A stretch of 64,000 nt of DNA from an uncultured bacterium (GTDB lineage: Bacteria; Cyanobacteriota; Vampirovibrionia; Gastranaerophilales; Gastranaerophilaceae): positions 3,693 through 67,692 of the forward strand of contig CAMOPX010000006.1 in NCBI GenBank assembly GCA_946622415.1. The letters are read 5' to 3'. A program made the position numbers and the translations under genes. The notes under the pieces were generated by a model. The model worked only from the letters and a program-made list of their open reading frames with translations. It did not search any database and was not told where the DNA came from. Within the stretch, counting starts at the first letter, position 1, and the number at the start of each line of letters is the position of its first letter. Below, in pieces: positions 1-9,718 of this stretch.

Positions 1-281
1 TTATCCCCGAATTAACACAGGATAACTTGTGTTTAAATAAAGACGAATTAAAATTAAAAGAAAATACAAAATTCATTCAAAAAATAAAAAAACATCCAAA
101 AACCGAAGAAGAATTAAAAAGAGAAATAACGGAAGAAAATTTCAGACTTATTTATGTCGGAATAACAAGGGCAAAGAAAAAACTGTATTTAACAACATCT
201 GACAGTTATAAATTTTATTCAAAATTAAAAGAATACAAAAATTCGGAGATTTTTGAAGCAATTAATTATTACGATAAATAA
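1..281 (+). CDS. UvrD/PcrA/AddA-type superfamily-1 helicase, C-terminal fragment (5' end outside window)
   Basis: The reading frame is open from the window edge to the stop at 279-281. The tail carries RLIYVGITRAKKKLYL, typical of UvrD-like helicase C-terminal domains. Confidence 0.6.
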   Translation, partial: IPELTQDNLCLNKDELKLKENTKFIQKIKKHPKTEEELKREITEENFRLIYVGITRAKKKLYLTTSDSYKFYSKLKEYKNSEIFEAINYYDK

Positions 282-403
282 ACTTTAAATTTTGTAAAAT
301 ATAATAAAATAAATTATTTTTTTATATTATAATTAAGTCAACAAATGGTAAACATTATGACTGCAATAAAAAATAAAAAATCAAATAATTACACATAAAC
401 CAA

Positions 404-433
404 AAAAGAAGGCGATTTTGCCTTCTTTTTTTT
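404..433 (+). terminator. Rho-independent terminator-like hairpin abutting the pyrK RBS (possible attenuator)
   Basis: Stem agaaggc (407-413) pairs with gccttct (420-426) around loop gatttt, followed by a T-run at 427-433. The RBS aggaaaa and the pyrK ATG (442) follow directly. Confidence 0.6.
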
Positions 434-441
434 AGGAAAAT

Positions 442-1179
442 ATGAAAGAATACACAGGAAAAATTTATAACATAGAAAAACTTACCCATGACACAACTAA
501 AGTTGTCATAGAATCTGCTCTTGATTCTGCACATTCAGGGCAATTTATTTCTGTATTATGCGAAAACAGAACCCTAAGACGTCCTTTTAGTATCAGTGAC
601 TTTGAAAAAATCGAAAACAATAAAAGTTTATTGACTATACTTGTCAAAATAAAAGGTAAAGGAACCGAATTTTTAAGCAATTTAAAAATTAACGATGAAA
701 TCAGTATCTTAGCACCTTTGGGCAACGGTTTTAGTATAAAAGAAGAAGCTTCACTTCTTGTCGGTGCAGGAATCGGTATTGCACCGATGTTATTTTTAAA
801 AAAAGAGCTCAATAAGCAAAATATCAATAATTACCTTATTGCAGGTTTTAGAGATGATAAAGAAATAATCAAAGGCTATGATGAAGTAACAATAGGCGGA
901 AGTGTTGTCGATAGATTGGAAGATTTAATAAAAGAAAAAAACATAAAAATTGTTTATGCCTGCGGACCCGAAATAGTTTTAAAATTAATCGGCAAATTAT
1001 GCAAAAAATTAAACATTAAATCTCAACTTGCAATGGAAAAAGTAATGGCATGCGGAATCGGGGTATGCAGAGGGTGCGTTATAAAAATCAAAAAAAACGA
1101 AACCATATCAACCGCCTCAATATGTAAAGACGGTCCCGTATTTTCGGGTAATGAAATAATTTGGGAAGAAAATGAATAA
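442..1179 (+). CDS. pyrK: Dihydroorotate dehydrogenase B electron-transfer (FAD/2Fe-2S) subunit
   Basis: 245 aa. Has RPFSI and GAGIGIAP flavin/NAD-binding patterns and the C-terminal Cys cluster CGIGVCRGC...C. Overlaps pyrD by 8 nt. Confidence 0.9.
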   Translation: MKEYTGKIYNIEKLTHDTTKVVIESALDSAHSGQFISVLCENRTLRRPFSISDFEKIENNKSLLTILVKIKGKGTEFLSNLKINDEISILAPLGNGFSIKEEASLLVGAGIGIAPMLFLKKELNKQNINNYLIAGFRDDKEIIKGYDEVTIGGSVVDRLEDLIKEKNIKIVYACGPEIVLKLIGKLCKKLNIKSQLAMEKVMACGIGVCRGCVIKIKKNETISTASICKDGPVFSGNEIIWEENE

Positions 1180-2101
1180 ATTAAAAACAGTAATAAAAAA
1201 CAATAAAAGAGAATTAATCCTCAAATCTCCGCTGATAGGCGCGAGCGGGACCTATGGTTATACGGATGAATTTGAAGACTTTATTGACCTGAATTGTTTG
1301 GGTGCAATTTCAACTAAAGGAATAACTTTAGAAGCAAGATCGGGAAACGAAGGAGATAGAATTTTTGAAACCGAATGCGGATTGATAAACAGAATCGGGC
1401 TTGAAAATGTAGGAATAAAAAAATTTATCTCGGACAAACTACCGATTTTAAAACAAAAAAATATAGATTTTCTTCTTAATATCGCGGGTTCATCAATTGA
1501 AGATTATGAAAGATTAGCAGATATTGCACAACAAAACAGTATAAAAGCAATAGAGGTTAATGTTTCCTGTCCGAATGTAAAATCAGGATGTATTGAATTT
1601 GGGTTGAATCCTGATAGTCTCTTTAATTTAACTTCTAAAATCAGAAAAAATTATAAAGGATTCTTAATTGTTAAATTATCACCGAATACCTCTGATATTA
1701 CTTCTCTTGCAAATGCGGTTGAATCAGCCGGTGCTGATTGTATCAGTGCAATAAATACCTTGAGAGGACTCGGGGTTGATATAAAAAGAATCGGAAACAA
1801 GTTTATCAAAAAAACAGTGCAAGGCGGTTTGTCAGGAAAATGCGTCAAACCTGTTGCACTATATATGGTAAATGCAATTAAAAAAAGCGTAAATATTCCC
1901 GTTATTGCAATGGGTGGGATTTCATCTTTGGGTGACTTACTTGAATTTTTGGCTGTTGGAGCTGATGCATTTCAAATCGGAACGGCAAATTTTATTAACC
2001 CGAAAATATGCACCACGCTTGCAATGGAGTTAAAAAAATACATAGAAGAAAACAATTTTCAGGATTTTGAAGATTTAAAAACAAAAATCAAAGGAGCATA
2101 A
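1172..2101 (+). CDS. pyrD: Dihydroorotate dehydrogenase, class 1B catalytic subunit
   Basis: 309 aa. Carries GLENVG, the active-site loop VNVSCPNV, GGLSG and GGI..G.D..E motifs, and lies next to pyrK. Confidence 0.93.
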   Translation: MNKLKTVIKNNKRELILKSPLIGASGTYGYTDEFEDFIDLNCLGAISTKGITLEARSGNEGDRIFETECGLINRIGLENVGIKKFISDKLPILKQKNIDFLLNIAGSSIEDYERLADIAQQNSIKAIEVNVSCPNVKSGCIEFGLNPDSLFNLTSKIRKNYKGFLIVKLSPNTSDITSLANAVESAGADCISAINTLRGLGVDIKRIGNKFIKKTVQGGLSGKCVKPVALYMVNAIKKSVNIPVIAMGGISSLGDLLEFLAVGADAFQIGTANFINPKICTTLAMELKKYIEENNFQDFEDLKTKIKGA

Positions 2102-2102
2102 T

Positions 2103-2684
2103 ATGATAACAGAAAATACAAACGTAAAAGATTTACTTATAAAAGCGGAAGGACTCTTAAAAGGTCACTTTTGTCTGACTTCCGGACTTCATTCCGATAC
2201 CTATTTTCAATGTGCAAAATTATATCAATACCCCGATATTGTAGAAACCTTAGCTCGTGAACTGGCACAAAAATTATCTTCAATTGATTTTGATACAATT
2301 GTTGCACCCGCAATCGGAGCCGTTATTTTCGGATACGAAGTTGCACGTCAAACCAAAAAGAGAAACCTTTTTGTCGAAAGAAAAGATGGGGTAATGCAAC
2401 TAAGAAGAGGGTATTCTCTAAAAAAAGGTGAAAAAATAGTAATCATAGAAGACGTTATTACAACGGCAAGAACTATTTTTGAAACTAAAGAAGCTCTAAA
2501 AGAATTTGAAGTTGATGTTCAAGGTGTCGGCTGTATTGTAGACAGAACCCAAGGCAAACTCGAAAACGAATTTAAAATATATTCGCTTTTACAATCTTCA
2601 CCCGTAACATACAAACCCGAAGAATGTCCTTTGTGCAAACAAGGCATTGAATTGGTTAAACCGGGAAGCAGAGCAGGAAAATAA
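2103..2684 (+). CDS. pyrE: Orotate phosphoribosyltransferase
   Basis: 193 aa with the PRPP-binding loop IVIIEDVITTA, in pyr operon context. Confidence 0.9.
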   Translation: MITENTNVKDLLIKAEGLLKGHFCLTSGLHSDTYFQCAKLYQYPDIVETLARELAQKLSSIDFDTIVAPAIGAVIFGYEVARQTKKRNLFVERKDGVMQLRRGYSLKKGEKIVIIEDVITTARTIFETKEALKEFEVDVQGVGCIVDRTQGKLENEFKIYSLLQSSPVTYKPEECPLCKQGIELVKPGSRAGK

Positions 2685-2686
2685 GA

Positions 2687-3577
2687 ATGGAACATTTAAT
2701 TAATATAAAATCACTTTCAACAGATGATATTAATAAAATTTGCAACAGAGCCTCCGAATTTGAAAAGGGAATAAGACGCTCTAACCATATAAACAGACAT
2801 ATTGCAAATATGTTTTTTGAAAATTCAACAAGAACAAAACTCTCTTTTGAAATGGCAGAAAACAGAATATCCGCAAATAAATATAACTTTGATGCAGGTA
2901 CTTCCTCCATTAATAAAGGCGAAGATATTTATGACACAATAAATAACTTATCCGCAATAGGAATAAATGCTGTTGTTTTAAGACATGAAAGCAATACGTT
3001 GATTAATGAATTAAAAGAAAAAACATATTACAATACCATTTCTTTTGTTAATGCAGGAAGCGGAAGTTCTGCTCATCCGACTCAAGCCTTATTGGATTAT
3101 TACACAATTAAAAAACATTTTCTTGACTTAAAAGATAAAATAATTGCAATAACGGGTGATATAGTCCATTCCAGAGTTGCAAAATCAAATATTGAATTGT
3201 TGAAAAAATTTAACGCAAAAATAAGATGTATAGCGCCGATTCAATTTCAAGACGAAACATTGGAAGGAATTGATTATTACGAAGATATAAACAAAGGTTT
3301 TGAAAATGCAGATATCGTAATGGCACTGAGAATCCAAAGAGAAAGAATTGCGGAAAAAATAGATTTTGATGAATACATAAATAACTATCAAATTACAAAA
3401 GATAATCTGCCCTATAATGCATTATTAATGCACCCCGGACCGGTTAACAAGGATATTGAAATAAAAAGTGATGTATTATCAATGCAAAATGCAAAAACAA
3501 TTCTAAAACAGGCAGAAAACGGTGTATACATAAGAATGGCAATTTTAGATATGATACTTTCGAGTTATGGGATATAA
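2687..3577 (+). CDS. pyrB: Aspartate carbamoyltransferase catalytic chain
   Basis: 296 aa. Has the carbamoyl-phosphate motif ENSTRTKLSFE, plus HPTQALLD and HPGP. Confidence 0.93.
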   Translation: MEHLINIKSLSTDDINKICNRASEFEKGIRRSNHINRHIANMFFENSTRTKLSFEMAENRISANKYNFDAGTSSINKGEDIYDTINNLSAIGINAVVLRHESNTLINELKEKTYYNTISFVNAGSGSSAHPTQALLDYYTIKKHFLDLKDKIIAITGDIVHSRVAKSNIELLKKFNAKIRCIAPIQFQDETLEGIDYYEDINKGFENADIVMALRIQRERIAEKIDFDEYINNYQITKDNLPYNALLMHPGPVNKDIEIKSDVLSMQNAKTILKQAENGVYIRMAILDMILSSYGI

Positions 3578-4572
3578 TGAATAAAAAAAATCAAAACATT
3601 AAACAAATACCTTCTTTGATAGATATGCATGTGCATTTCAGAGAACCTGGATTTGAATATAAAGAAACAATACAAACAGGTATCGAAGCAGCCAAAAAAG
3701 GCGGTTTTGGCGGTGTTTGTACAATGCCGAATACACAGCCCGTTACGGATAACCCCGATACAATTAAATATATTCTATCCAAAGCAAAAAAATACAATTT
3801 TAAAATTTATCCTATTGCAGCAATCACAAAAAATCTTAATACACTTGAACTTGTCAATTTTAAAGAATTGAAAGCTGCAGGTGCAGTGGGATTTTCTAAT
3901 GACGGATTACCGCTTTTAGATAAAGATGTATTTTACGAAGCGCTAAAATCGGGTGAATTAATCCTTTCACACTGCGAAAACGAAACGGAAGAAATAAGAT
4001 GGCAAATAGAAGTATTTAAAAAAGTAGTTTTAGACGGATACTCTCCAAGATTGCATTTTTGCCACATTTCAAAAAAAGAAAGTGTCGATTTAATAAGAGA
4101 AGCTAAAAAACAAGGATTAAAAAATTTAACAGCCGAAACAGCACCCCACTATTTTACTTTTACAAAAGATGATACAGATTCAACAGGCAGATTTAAAATG
4201 AATCCGCCTTTAGGTACACAAACGGATAAACGCGCAATTATGGATGCACTCATAGATGGAACAATAGACGTTATTGCAACAGACCACGCACCGCACTCCG
4301 ATGAAGAAAAATTAAAACCCTATTCTGAAGCACCAAACGGAATAACAGGATTAGAGACCGCATTTAGTTTAGCGTATGAACTTTTGGGATTAGATAAAAC
4401 ACTCGAAAAAATGGCATACAATCCGAGAAAAATTTTGAGAATCGAAAACAAGAAGTTTATAAAAATAGCACCCGACGAAGAATGGGTTGTTTTTCCCACA
4501 CATTTCAAAACAAAATGCAAAATATCTCCTTATAAAGGAATGAGATTAAAAGGAGTAGTCATAGATGAATAA
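3577..4572 (+). CDS. pyrC: Dihydroorotase (compact class-I-like form)
   Basis: 331 aa. Has the metal-ligand motifs DMHVHFREPG, MPNT.P and ATDHAPH. It is shorter than typical class I enzymes at the N-terminus and in the central loops. Confidence 0.85.
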   Translation: MNKKNQNIKQIPSLIDMHVHFREPGFEYKETIQTGIEAAKKGGFGGVCTMPNTQPVTDNPDTIKYILSKAKKYNFKIYPIAAITKNLNTLELVNFKELKAAGAVGFSNDGLPLLDKDVFYEALKSGELILSHCENETEEIRWQIEVFKKVVLDGYSPRLHFCHISKKESVDLIREAKKQGLKNLTAETAPHYFTFTKDDTDSTGRFKMNPPLGTQTDKRAIMDALIDGTIDVIATDHAPHSDEEKLKPYSEAPNGITGLETAFSLAYELLGLDKTLEKMAYNPRKILRIENKKFIKIAPDEEWVVFPTHFKTKCKISPYKGMRLKGVVIDE

Positions 4573-5302
4573 ATTAACCAAAGAACAAATTAAAGAAAAA
4601 CTCGTTTTAGCACTGGATGTTGAAACAATAGAAGAAGCAAAAAATCTCGTAGATGAATTGAGCCCTTATATCGGAACTTTTAAGGTAGGACTGCAATTAT
4701 TTTGCGGATACGGATTAGAAATCGTTAATTATATAAAAGAAAAAAATTCAAATTTCTTTTTGGATGTAAAACTCCACGATATCCCGAATACCGTTGAAAA
4801 AGCATCATATAACGTTATAAAAAACGGTGCAAACTTCTTTAATGTCCATGCAACGGGCGGAATCGATATGATGAAAGCCGCAAGAAAAGGGGCAGACGAA
4901 GCAAGTGAAAAATATAATACAAAAAAACCGATTATTCTTGCTGTCACTGTTTTAACAAGTATTTCCGATGAAATATTAAAACAAGAACTTGCGAACAATT
5001 TAACAAGTGAAGAATTTGTTATAAAACTTGCAAAAAACGCAAAAGAAGCAGGAATGAACGGTGTTGTTGCATCAGCTAAAGAATTAAAACTGATAAAAAA
5101 AGAGTTAGGAGACGATTTTATTGTACTAACCCCCGGAATCAGACCAAAATGGTCTTGTAAAGACGACCAAAAAAGAATCGTTACACCATCGGATGCAATA
5201 AAAGACGGAAGCGACTATATAGTTTTAGGCAGAGCCGTAACAAAAGCCGACAATAGAATCAATGCAACAGAAAGAATTTATCAGGAAATTTTAGAAAGTT
5301 AA
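4565..5302 (+). CDS. pyrF: Orotidine 5'-phosphate decarboxylase
   Basis: 245 aa. Has LALD, the DVKLHDIPNT active-site motif and a C-terminal GR..T pattern. Confidence 0.92.
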   Translation: MNKLTKEQIKEKLVLALDVETIEEAKNLVDELSPYIGTFKVGLQLFCGYGLEIVNYIKEKNSNFFLDVKLHDIPNTVEKASYNVIKNGANFFNVHATGGIDMMKAARKGADEASEKYNTKKPIILAVTVLTSISDEILKQELANNLTSEEFVIKLAKNAKEAGMNGVVASAKELKLIKKELGDDFIVLTPGIRPKWSCKDDQKRIVTPSDAIKDGSDYIVLGRAVTKADNRINATERIYQEILES

Positions 5303-5319
5303 ATTGAAAAGGAAATAAA

Positions 5320-6426
5320 ATGGGTACATTAATACTGCAAGACGGAAGTGTAATAAAAGGAAAATCGTATGGCGCAATAGGCGGCTATATGGGTGAAATT
5401 GTTTTTAATACTTCTATAACAGGATATCAAGAGATAATCACAGACCCTTCATACGCAAGACAAATAGTGGTTATGACATATCCCGAAATAGGAAACTATG
5501 GCATAAATGAAAGCGATTTTGAATCGGCAAACCCCGCACTCGTCGGTTTTATTTCGAAAAACTGTTGCAATCAGGAAAGCCACTACCAAGCAAGATACAG
5601 TATCAGCGAGTACTTAATTCAAAAAGGAATAGTTGCTCTTTATGATATAGATACAAGAAGCCTTGTTAAAAAAATAAGAGAATACGGCACTATGAATGCT
5701 TTTATTACATCGGCGGATGTTGATGATTTGTTTATAAAAAAGAAAATAGAAGAAATACAAAATTTTAAAATAGATGCTTCAATACTGGATACAGTCACAA
5801 CAAGCGAAAAAATAGTGTACAATCCGAACGGAAAAATAAACCTTGCATTTATTGATTACGGTGCAAAAAAGAATATTGTTCTTTCTCTGATAAAAAGAGG
5901 GTGCAAAGTAACTGTATTTCCTTCGCACACTGATGCGGATGAAATCCTTAAAGGAAAATTTGATGCCGTATTTTTATCCAACGGCCCGGGTGACCCTGCT
6001 GAATATACCTATCAAATTGAACAAATAAAGAAACTTACGGGCAATCTCCCAATATTTGGCATTTGTTTAGGCTATCAACTTTTAGCCCTTGCCGCAGGCG
6101 CTAAAACATACAAACTAAAATACGGACACAGAGGCGGAAATCATCCCGTTATTAATCTTGAAAACAATAAAGTAATGATGACATCACAAAACCACGGCTA
6201 TGCCGTTGATATGATGTCAATAGAAAGCTGTATGCGTCCGACATATAAAAACTTAAACGATAATACCCTTGAAGGCTTTGAAATTACAAGTTTGGGCATA
6301 TATGCAGTTCAATTCCACCCCGAAGCAAAACCGGGGCCCGAAGAAGGCGAATCTATTTTTGATGAATGGATTAACATTATAAAAAGAAATTTAAAATTGG
6401 TTAACGAGGTAAAAAATGAAAAATAA
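5320..6426 (+). CDS. carA: Carbamoyl-phosphate synthase small (glutaminase) subunit
   Basis: 368 aa. Has the GATase class-I nucleophile elbow GICLGYQLL and HPE. Overlaps carB. Confidence 0.95.
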   Translation: MGTLILQDGSVIKGKSYGAIGGYMGEIVFNTSITGYQEIITDPSYARQIVVMTYPEIGNYGINESDFESANPALVGFISKNCCNQESHYQARYSISEYLIQKGIVALYDIDTRSLVKKIREYGTMNAFITSADVDDLFIKKKIEEIQNFKIDASILDTVTTSEKIVYNPNGKINLAFIDYGAKKNIVLSLIKRGCKVTVFPSHTDADEILKGKFDAVFLSNGPGDPAEYTYQIEQIKKLTGNLPIFGICLGYQLLALAAGAKTYKLKYGHRGGNHPVINLENNKVMMTSQNHGYAVDMMSIESCMRPTYKNLNDNTLEGFEITSLGIYAVQFHPEAKPGPEEGESIFDEWINIIKRNLKLVNEVKNEK

Positions 6427-9400
6427 ATCTTTGAAAAAAATTCTTGTAATCGGTTCAGGCCCTATTGTCATCGGACAAGCTGCAGAATTTGATTACGCGG
6501 GAGTGCAAGCGTGCAGGGCCTTAAAAGAAGAACACATTGAAATTGTCCTTGTTAATTCAAATCCCGCAACAATAATGACGGATGAAGAAATTGCGGATAA
6601 AGTTTACATTGAACCTTTAACCGTCGAAAGTCTTTCAAAAATAATCGAACAAGAACGTCCGCAAGGTTTAATTGCAACATTAGGCGGACAAACAGCACTT
6701 AATTTAGCCTGTGCTCTGGATAAAGAAGGGGTTCTTAAAAAATTCAACGTTGAAATTTTGGGTACAAATATTGAAAGCATAAATAAAGCAGAAGATAGAG
6801 AACAGTTTAAAAAACTAATGCAGGAAATAAAAGAACCGGTACCCGACAGTGCAATAGTTTCTAATATCGAAGAAGCAAAAGCCTTTGCTCTCAAAATCGG
6901 ATATCCTATAATAATCAGACCCGCATTTACTTTAGGCGGCGCAGGGGGCGGTATTGCAAAAAACGAAACCGAATACGAAGAAATTGTTCATCAAGGATTA
7001 AACCAATCCCCGATTAGCCAGGTGCTTGTTGAAAAATCTATTGCAGGCTTTAAAGAAATAGAATACGAAGTAATCAGGGATGCAAACGATACCTGCATTA
7101 TTATTTGTAATATGGAAAATATTGACCCCATCGGAATACACACAGGGGACAGTTTTGTAGTTGCGCCGAGCCAAACACTGACAAACAATGAATTTCAAAT
7201 GCTCAGAACAAGTGCAATTAAAATTATTCGCGCCTTAAAAATAGAGGGCGGATGCAACGTACAATTTGCACTTGATACAAAATCAAAACAATATTATGTA
7301 ATAGAAGTAAATCCGAGAGTATCACGTTCATCTGCTCTGGCTTCAAAAGCAACAGGATATCCTATTGCAAAAATAGCAACAAAAATTGCAATCGGCTACA
7401 ATCTCCATGAAATCAAAAATTCAATAACAAACGAAACAACAGCAGCGTTTGAGCCGACTCTTGATTATGTTGTTGTTAAAATTCCAAAATGGCCTTTTGA
7501 TAAATTCGCCTCAGGAGATAGAATTTTAGGAACAAAAATGAAAGCAACGGGCGAAATTATGGCTATCGGAAGAACATTCACTTCCGCCTTTAAAAAAGCT
7601 GTCACATCATTAGAAGAAAAGAGTGTCGGACTTTTAAACAGAGAATTTAAAGACTACTCGAACGAACAATTAAAACAGGATTTATCCATACAGGATGACA
7701 GAAGAATCTTCAGAGTGGCACAAGCAATATATAACAATATTGATATAGAAACAATTTGCCAAATTACAAAAATAGATAAATGGTTTATTGCAAAAATAAA
7801 AGAGCTTGTTGATTTTGAAAAGGATTTAAAAGAAAAACAAATCTCTAAAGCACTCTATCTTGAAGCAAAAAAATACAACTTCCTTGATTCGGAAATAAAA
7901 GAATTATGCAATTGCAGACAGGATTTGTTAAATGCATTCAAAATAGATTCATCTTTCAGGCTTGTTGACACATGTTCTGCCGAATTTAATGCAACAACAC
8001 CATATTTTTATTCAACATATGATGAAGAAGATGAAGTATTGGAATACAAAGAAAAGTCTCAAGAAGCTTCTAAAAAACCAAAAGAAAATATAATTGTATT
8101 AGGTTCAGGCCCAATCAGAATAGGTCAAGGGATAGAATTTGATTATTGTTCATGTCATGCGGCTTTTGAAATCAAAAAAAGAGGATATGAATCCGTAATG
8201 GTAAATTCAAACCCCGAAACATTATCAACGGATTTTGACGTTGCCACAAGACTGTATTTTGAACCAATGAACGTTGAATACATAATGAACATCATCAAAA
8301 AAGAAAATCCGAAAGGCGTTATGGTGCAATTCGGCGGACAAACAGCAATAAATCTCGCTGAAAAGCTCAATAAAGAAGGGGTTAAAATCCTGGGAACCTC
8401 TATTGAAAGCATTAACGCAGCAGAAGACAGAAATATATTTGAAAAATTATTAAAAGAATTGAATATACCGCAGCCAAAAGGTTATGCTGTTACATCGGTA
8501 ACAGAAGCCTTAAATGCGGTTAAAAATTTAGGCTATCCCGTTCTTGTGCGTCCGAGTTATGTAATAGGCGGACGCGGAATGCAGGTTGTATATAATGATG
8601 AAGAATTAATCACATATATAACGGAAGCCTTTAAATTTTCAAACGAACACCCCGTCTTAATTGACCAGTATTTAGAGGGAATGGAAGTAGAACTCGATGC
8701 CATATCTGACGGCAGAGATGTATTAATCCCCGGCATTTGTGAACACATAGAAAAAGCCGGTGTTCATAGTGGAGATTCAATGTCTATCTATCCTTCACAA
8801 AATATTTCCCGCAAAAACGAAAAAATTCTTGTTAAATATACGACCCAAATAGCAAGAAAATTAAATATTAAAGGACTTTTAAACATTCAATTTATTATTA
8901 AAGATGATAAAGTTTATGTTATAGAAGTAAACCCGAGAGCCTCTCGTACAGTACCCATTATGAGTAAAGTGACGGGTATTCCGATGGTAAATATTGCAGT
9001 AAGTGCAATTTTGGGAAAATCAATCAAGCGTGGCGGATTCGGCACGGGGTTATACAAAAAAACCAATCTTGTTTGCGTAAAAATGCCTGTTTTCTCTTGG
9101 CAAAAATTAAACAGAATCGACCCCGCTTTAGCTCCCGAAATGAAATCCACAGGAGAAGTTTTAGGTGTCGATACAACTTTCAAAAGAGCGTTATATAAGG
9201 CATTTTTGGCAGGCGGTTTTAAATTCAGCAAGGCAAAACAAAGGGTGCTTGTGTCATTAAATGATCACTGCAAAAAATCAGCCCTGCCAATGGTAAAAAG
9301 ATTATTCAAACATGGTTTCTTTATTATGGCAACTTGGGGAACACATAAATTTTTGGAACAAAACGGAATACCGTCTAAAATGATTCAAAAATTCATGATA

Positions 9401-9664
9401 GACAAACTCCAAAAACGTATGAAAGACGGAAGATTGAGTTTCATCATCAACACTCCGACAACAGGAAAAAATTCACAACATTCAGGCTTCCAAATAAGAA
9501 CAATAGCACAAATGTACGGAGTGCCAAGTTTTACATCTATTGATACAGCAAACGCATTTTTAACGGCATATAAAATGTTCGATAAAAATACCGTTTTAAC
9601 GTACGATACCATAACAAACTACAGGAAAAAGAATCTTTTGGATATGTTTAATTTAACAAAATAA
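6416..9664 (+). CDS. carB: Carbamoyl-phosphate synthase large subunit
   Basis: 1082 aa. Has duplicated ATP-grasp halves (twice GSGP..IGQ..EFDY and VIEVNPR.SR) and an MGS-like C-terminal domain. Confidence 0.97.
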   Translation: MKNKSLKKILVIGSGPIVIGQAAEFDYAGVQACRALKEEHIEIVLVNSNPATIMTDEEIADKVYIEPLTVESLSKIIEQERPQGLIATLGGQTALNLACALDKEGVLKKFNVEILGTNIESINKAEDREQFKKLMQEIKEPVPDSAIVSNIEEAKAFALKIGYPIIIRPAFTLGGAGGGIAKNETEYEEIVHQGLNQSPISQVLVEKSIAGFKEIEYEVIRDANDTCIIICNMENIDPIGIHTGDSFVVAPSQTLTNNEFQMLRTSAIKIIRALKIEGGCNVQFALDTKSKQYYVIEVNPRVSRSSALASKATGYPIAKIATKIAIGYNLHEIKNSITNETTAAFEPTLDYVVVKIPKWPFDKFASGDRILGTKMKATGEIMAIGRTFTSAFKKAVTSLEEKSVGLLNREFKDYSNEQLKQDLSIQDDRRIFRVAQAIYNNIDIETICQITKIDKWFIAKIKELVDFEKDLKEKQISKALYLEAKKYNFLDSEIKELCNCRQDLLNAFKIDSSFRLVDTCSAEFNATTPYFYSTYDEEDEVLEYKEKSQEASKKPKENIIVLGSGPIRIGQGIEFDYCSCHAAFEIKKRGYESVMVNSNPETLSTDFDVATRLYFEPMNVEYIMNIIKKENPKGVMVQFGGQTAINLAEKLNKEGVKILGTSIESINAAEDRNIFEKLLKELNIPQPKGYAVTSVTEALNAVKNLGYPVLVRPSYVIGGRGMQVVYNDEELITYITEAFKFSNEHPVLIDQYLEGMEVELDAISDGRDVLIPGICEHIEKAGVHSGDSMSIYPSQNISRKNEKILVKYTTQIARKLNIKGLLNIQFIIKDDKVYVIEVNPRASRTVPIMSKVTGIPMVNIAVSAILGKSIKRGGFGTGLYKKTNLVCVKMPVFSWQKLNRIDPALAPEMKSTGEVLGVDTTFKRALYKAFLAGGFKFSKAKQRVLVSLNDHCKKSALPMVKRLFKHGFFIMATWGTHKFLEQNGIPSKMIQKFMIDKLQKRMKDGRLSFIINTPTTGKNSQHSGFQIRTIAQMYGVPSFTSIDTANAFLTAYKMFDKNTVLTYDTITNYRKKNLLDMFNLTK

Positions 9665-9682
9665 AGAACAATAAACATTTTA

Positions 9683-9707
9683 TTTGCCTGTCAATTAGAC
9701 AGGCAAA
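9683..9707. terminator. Bidirectional hairpin between convergent carB and the hydE-like gene
   Basis: Perfect 10-bp stem tttgcctgtc / gacaggcaaa with loop aatta. The flanks are AT-rich. Confidence 0.55.
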
Positions 9708-9718
9708 TTAATTATAAA

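Noticed and set aside
282-441. PyrR-binding anti-antiterminator motif in the pyr leader.
   Set aside because: No match to the conserved ARUCCAGAGAGGYU loop on either strand, and no pyrR gene in the operon. Only the terminator itself is reported.
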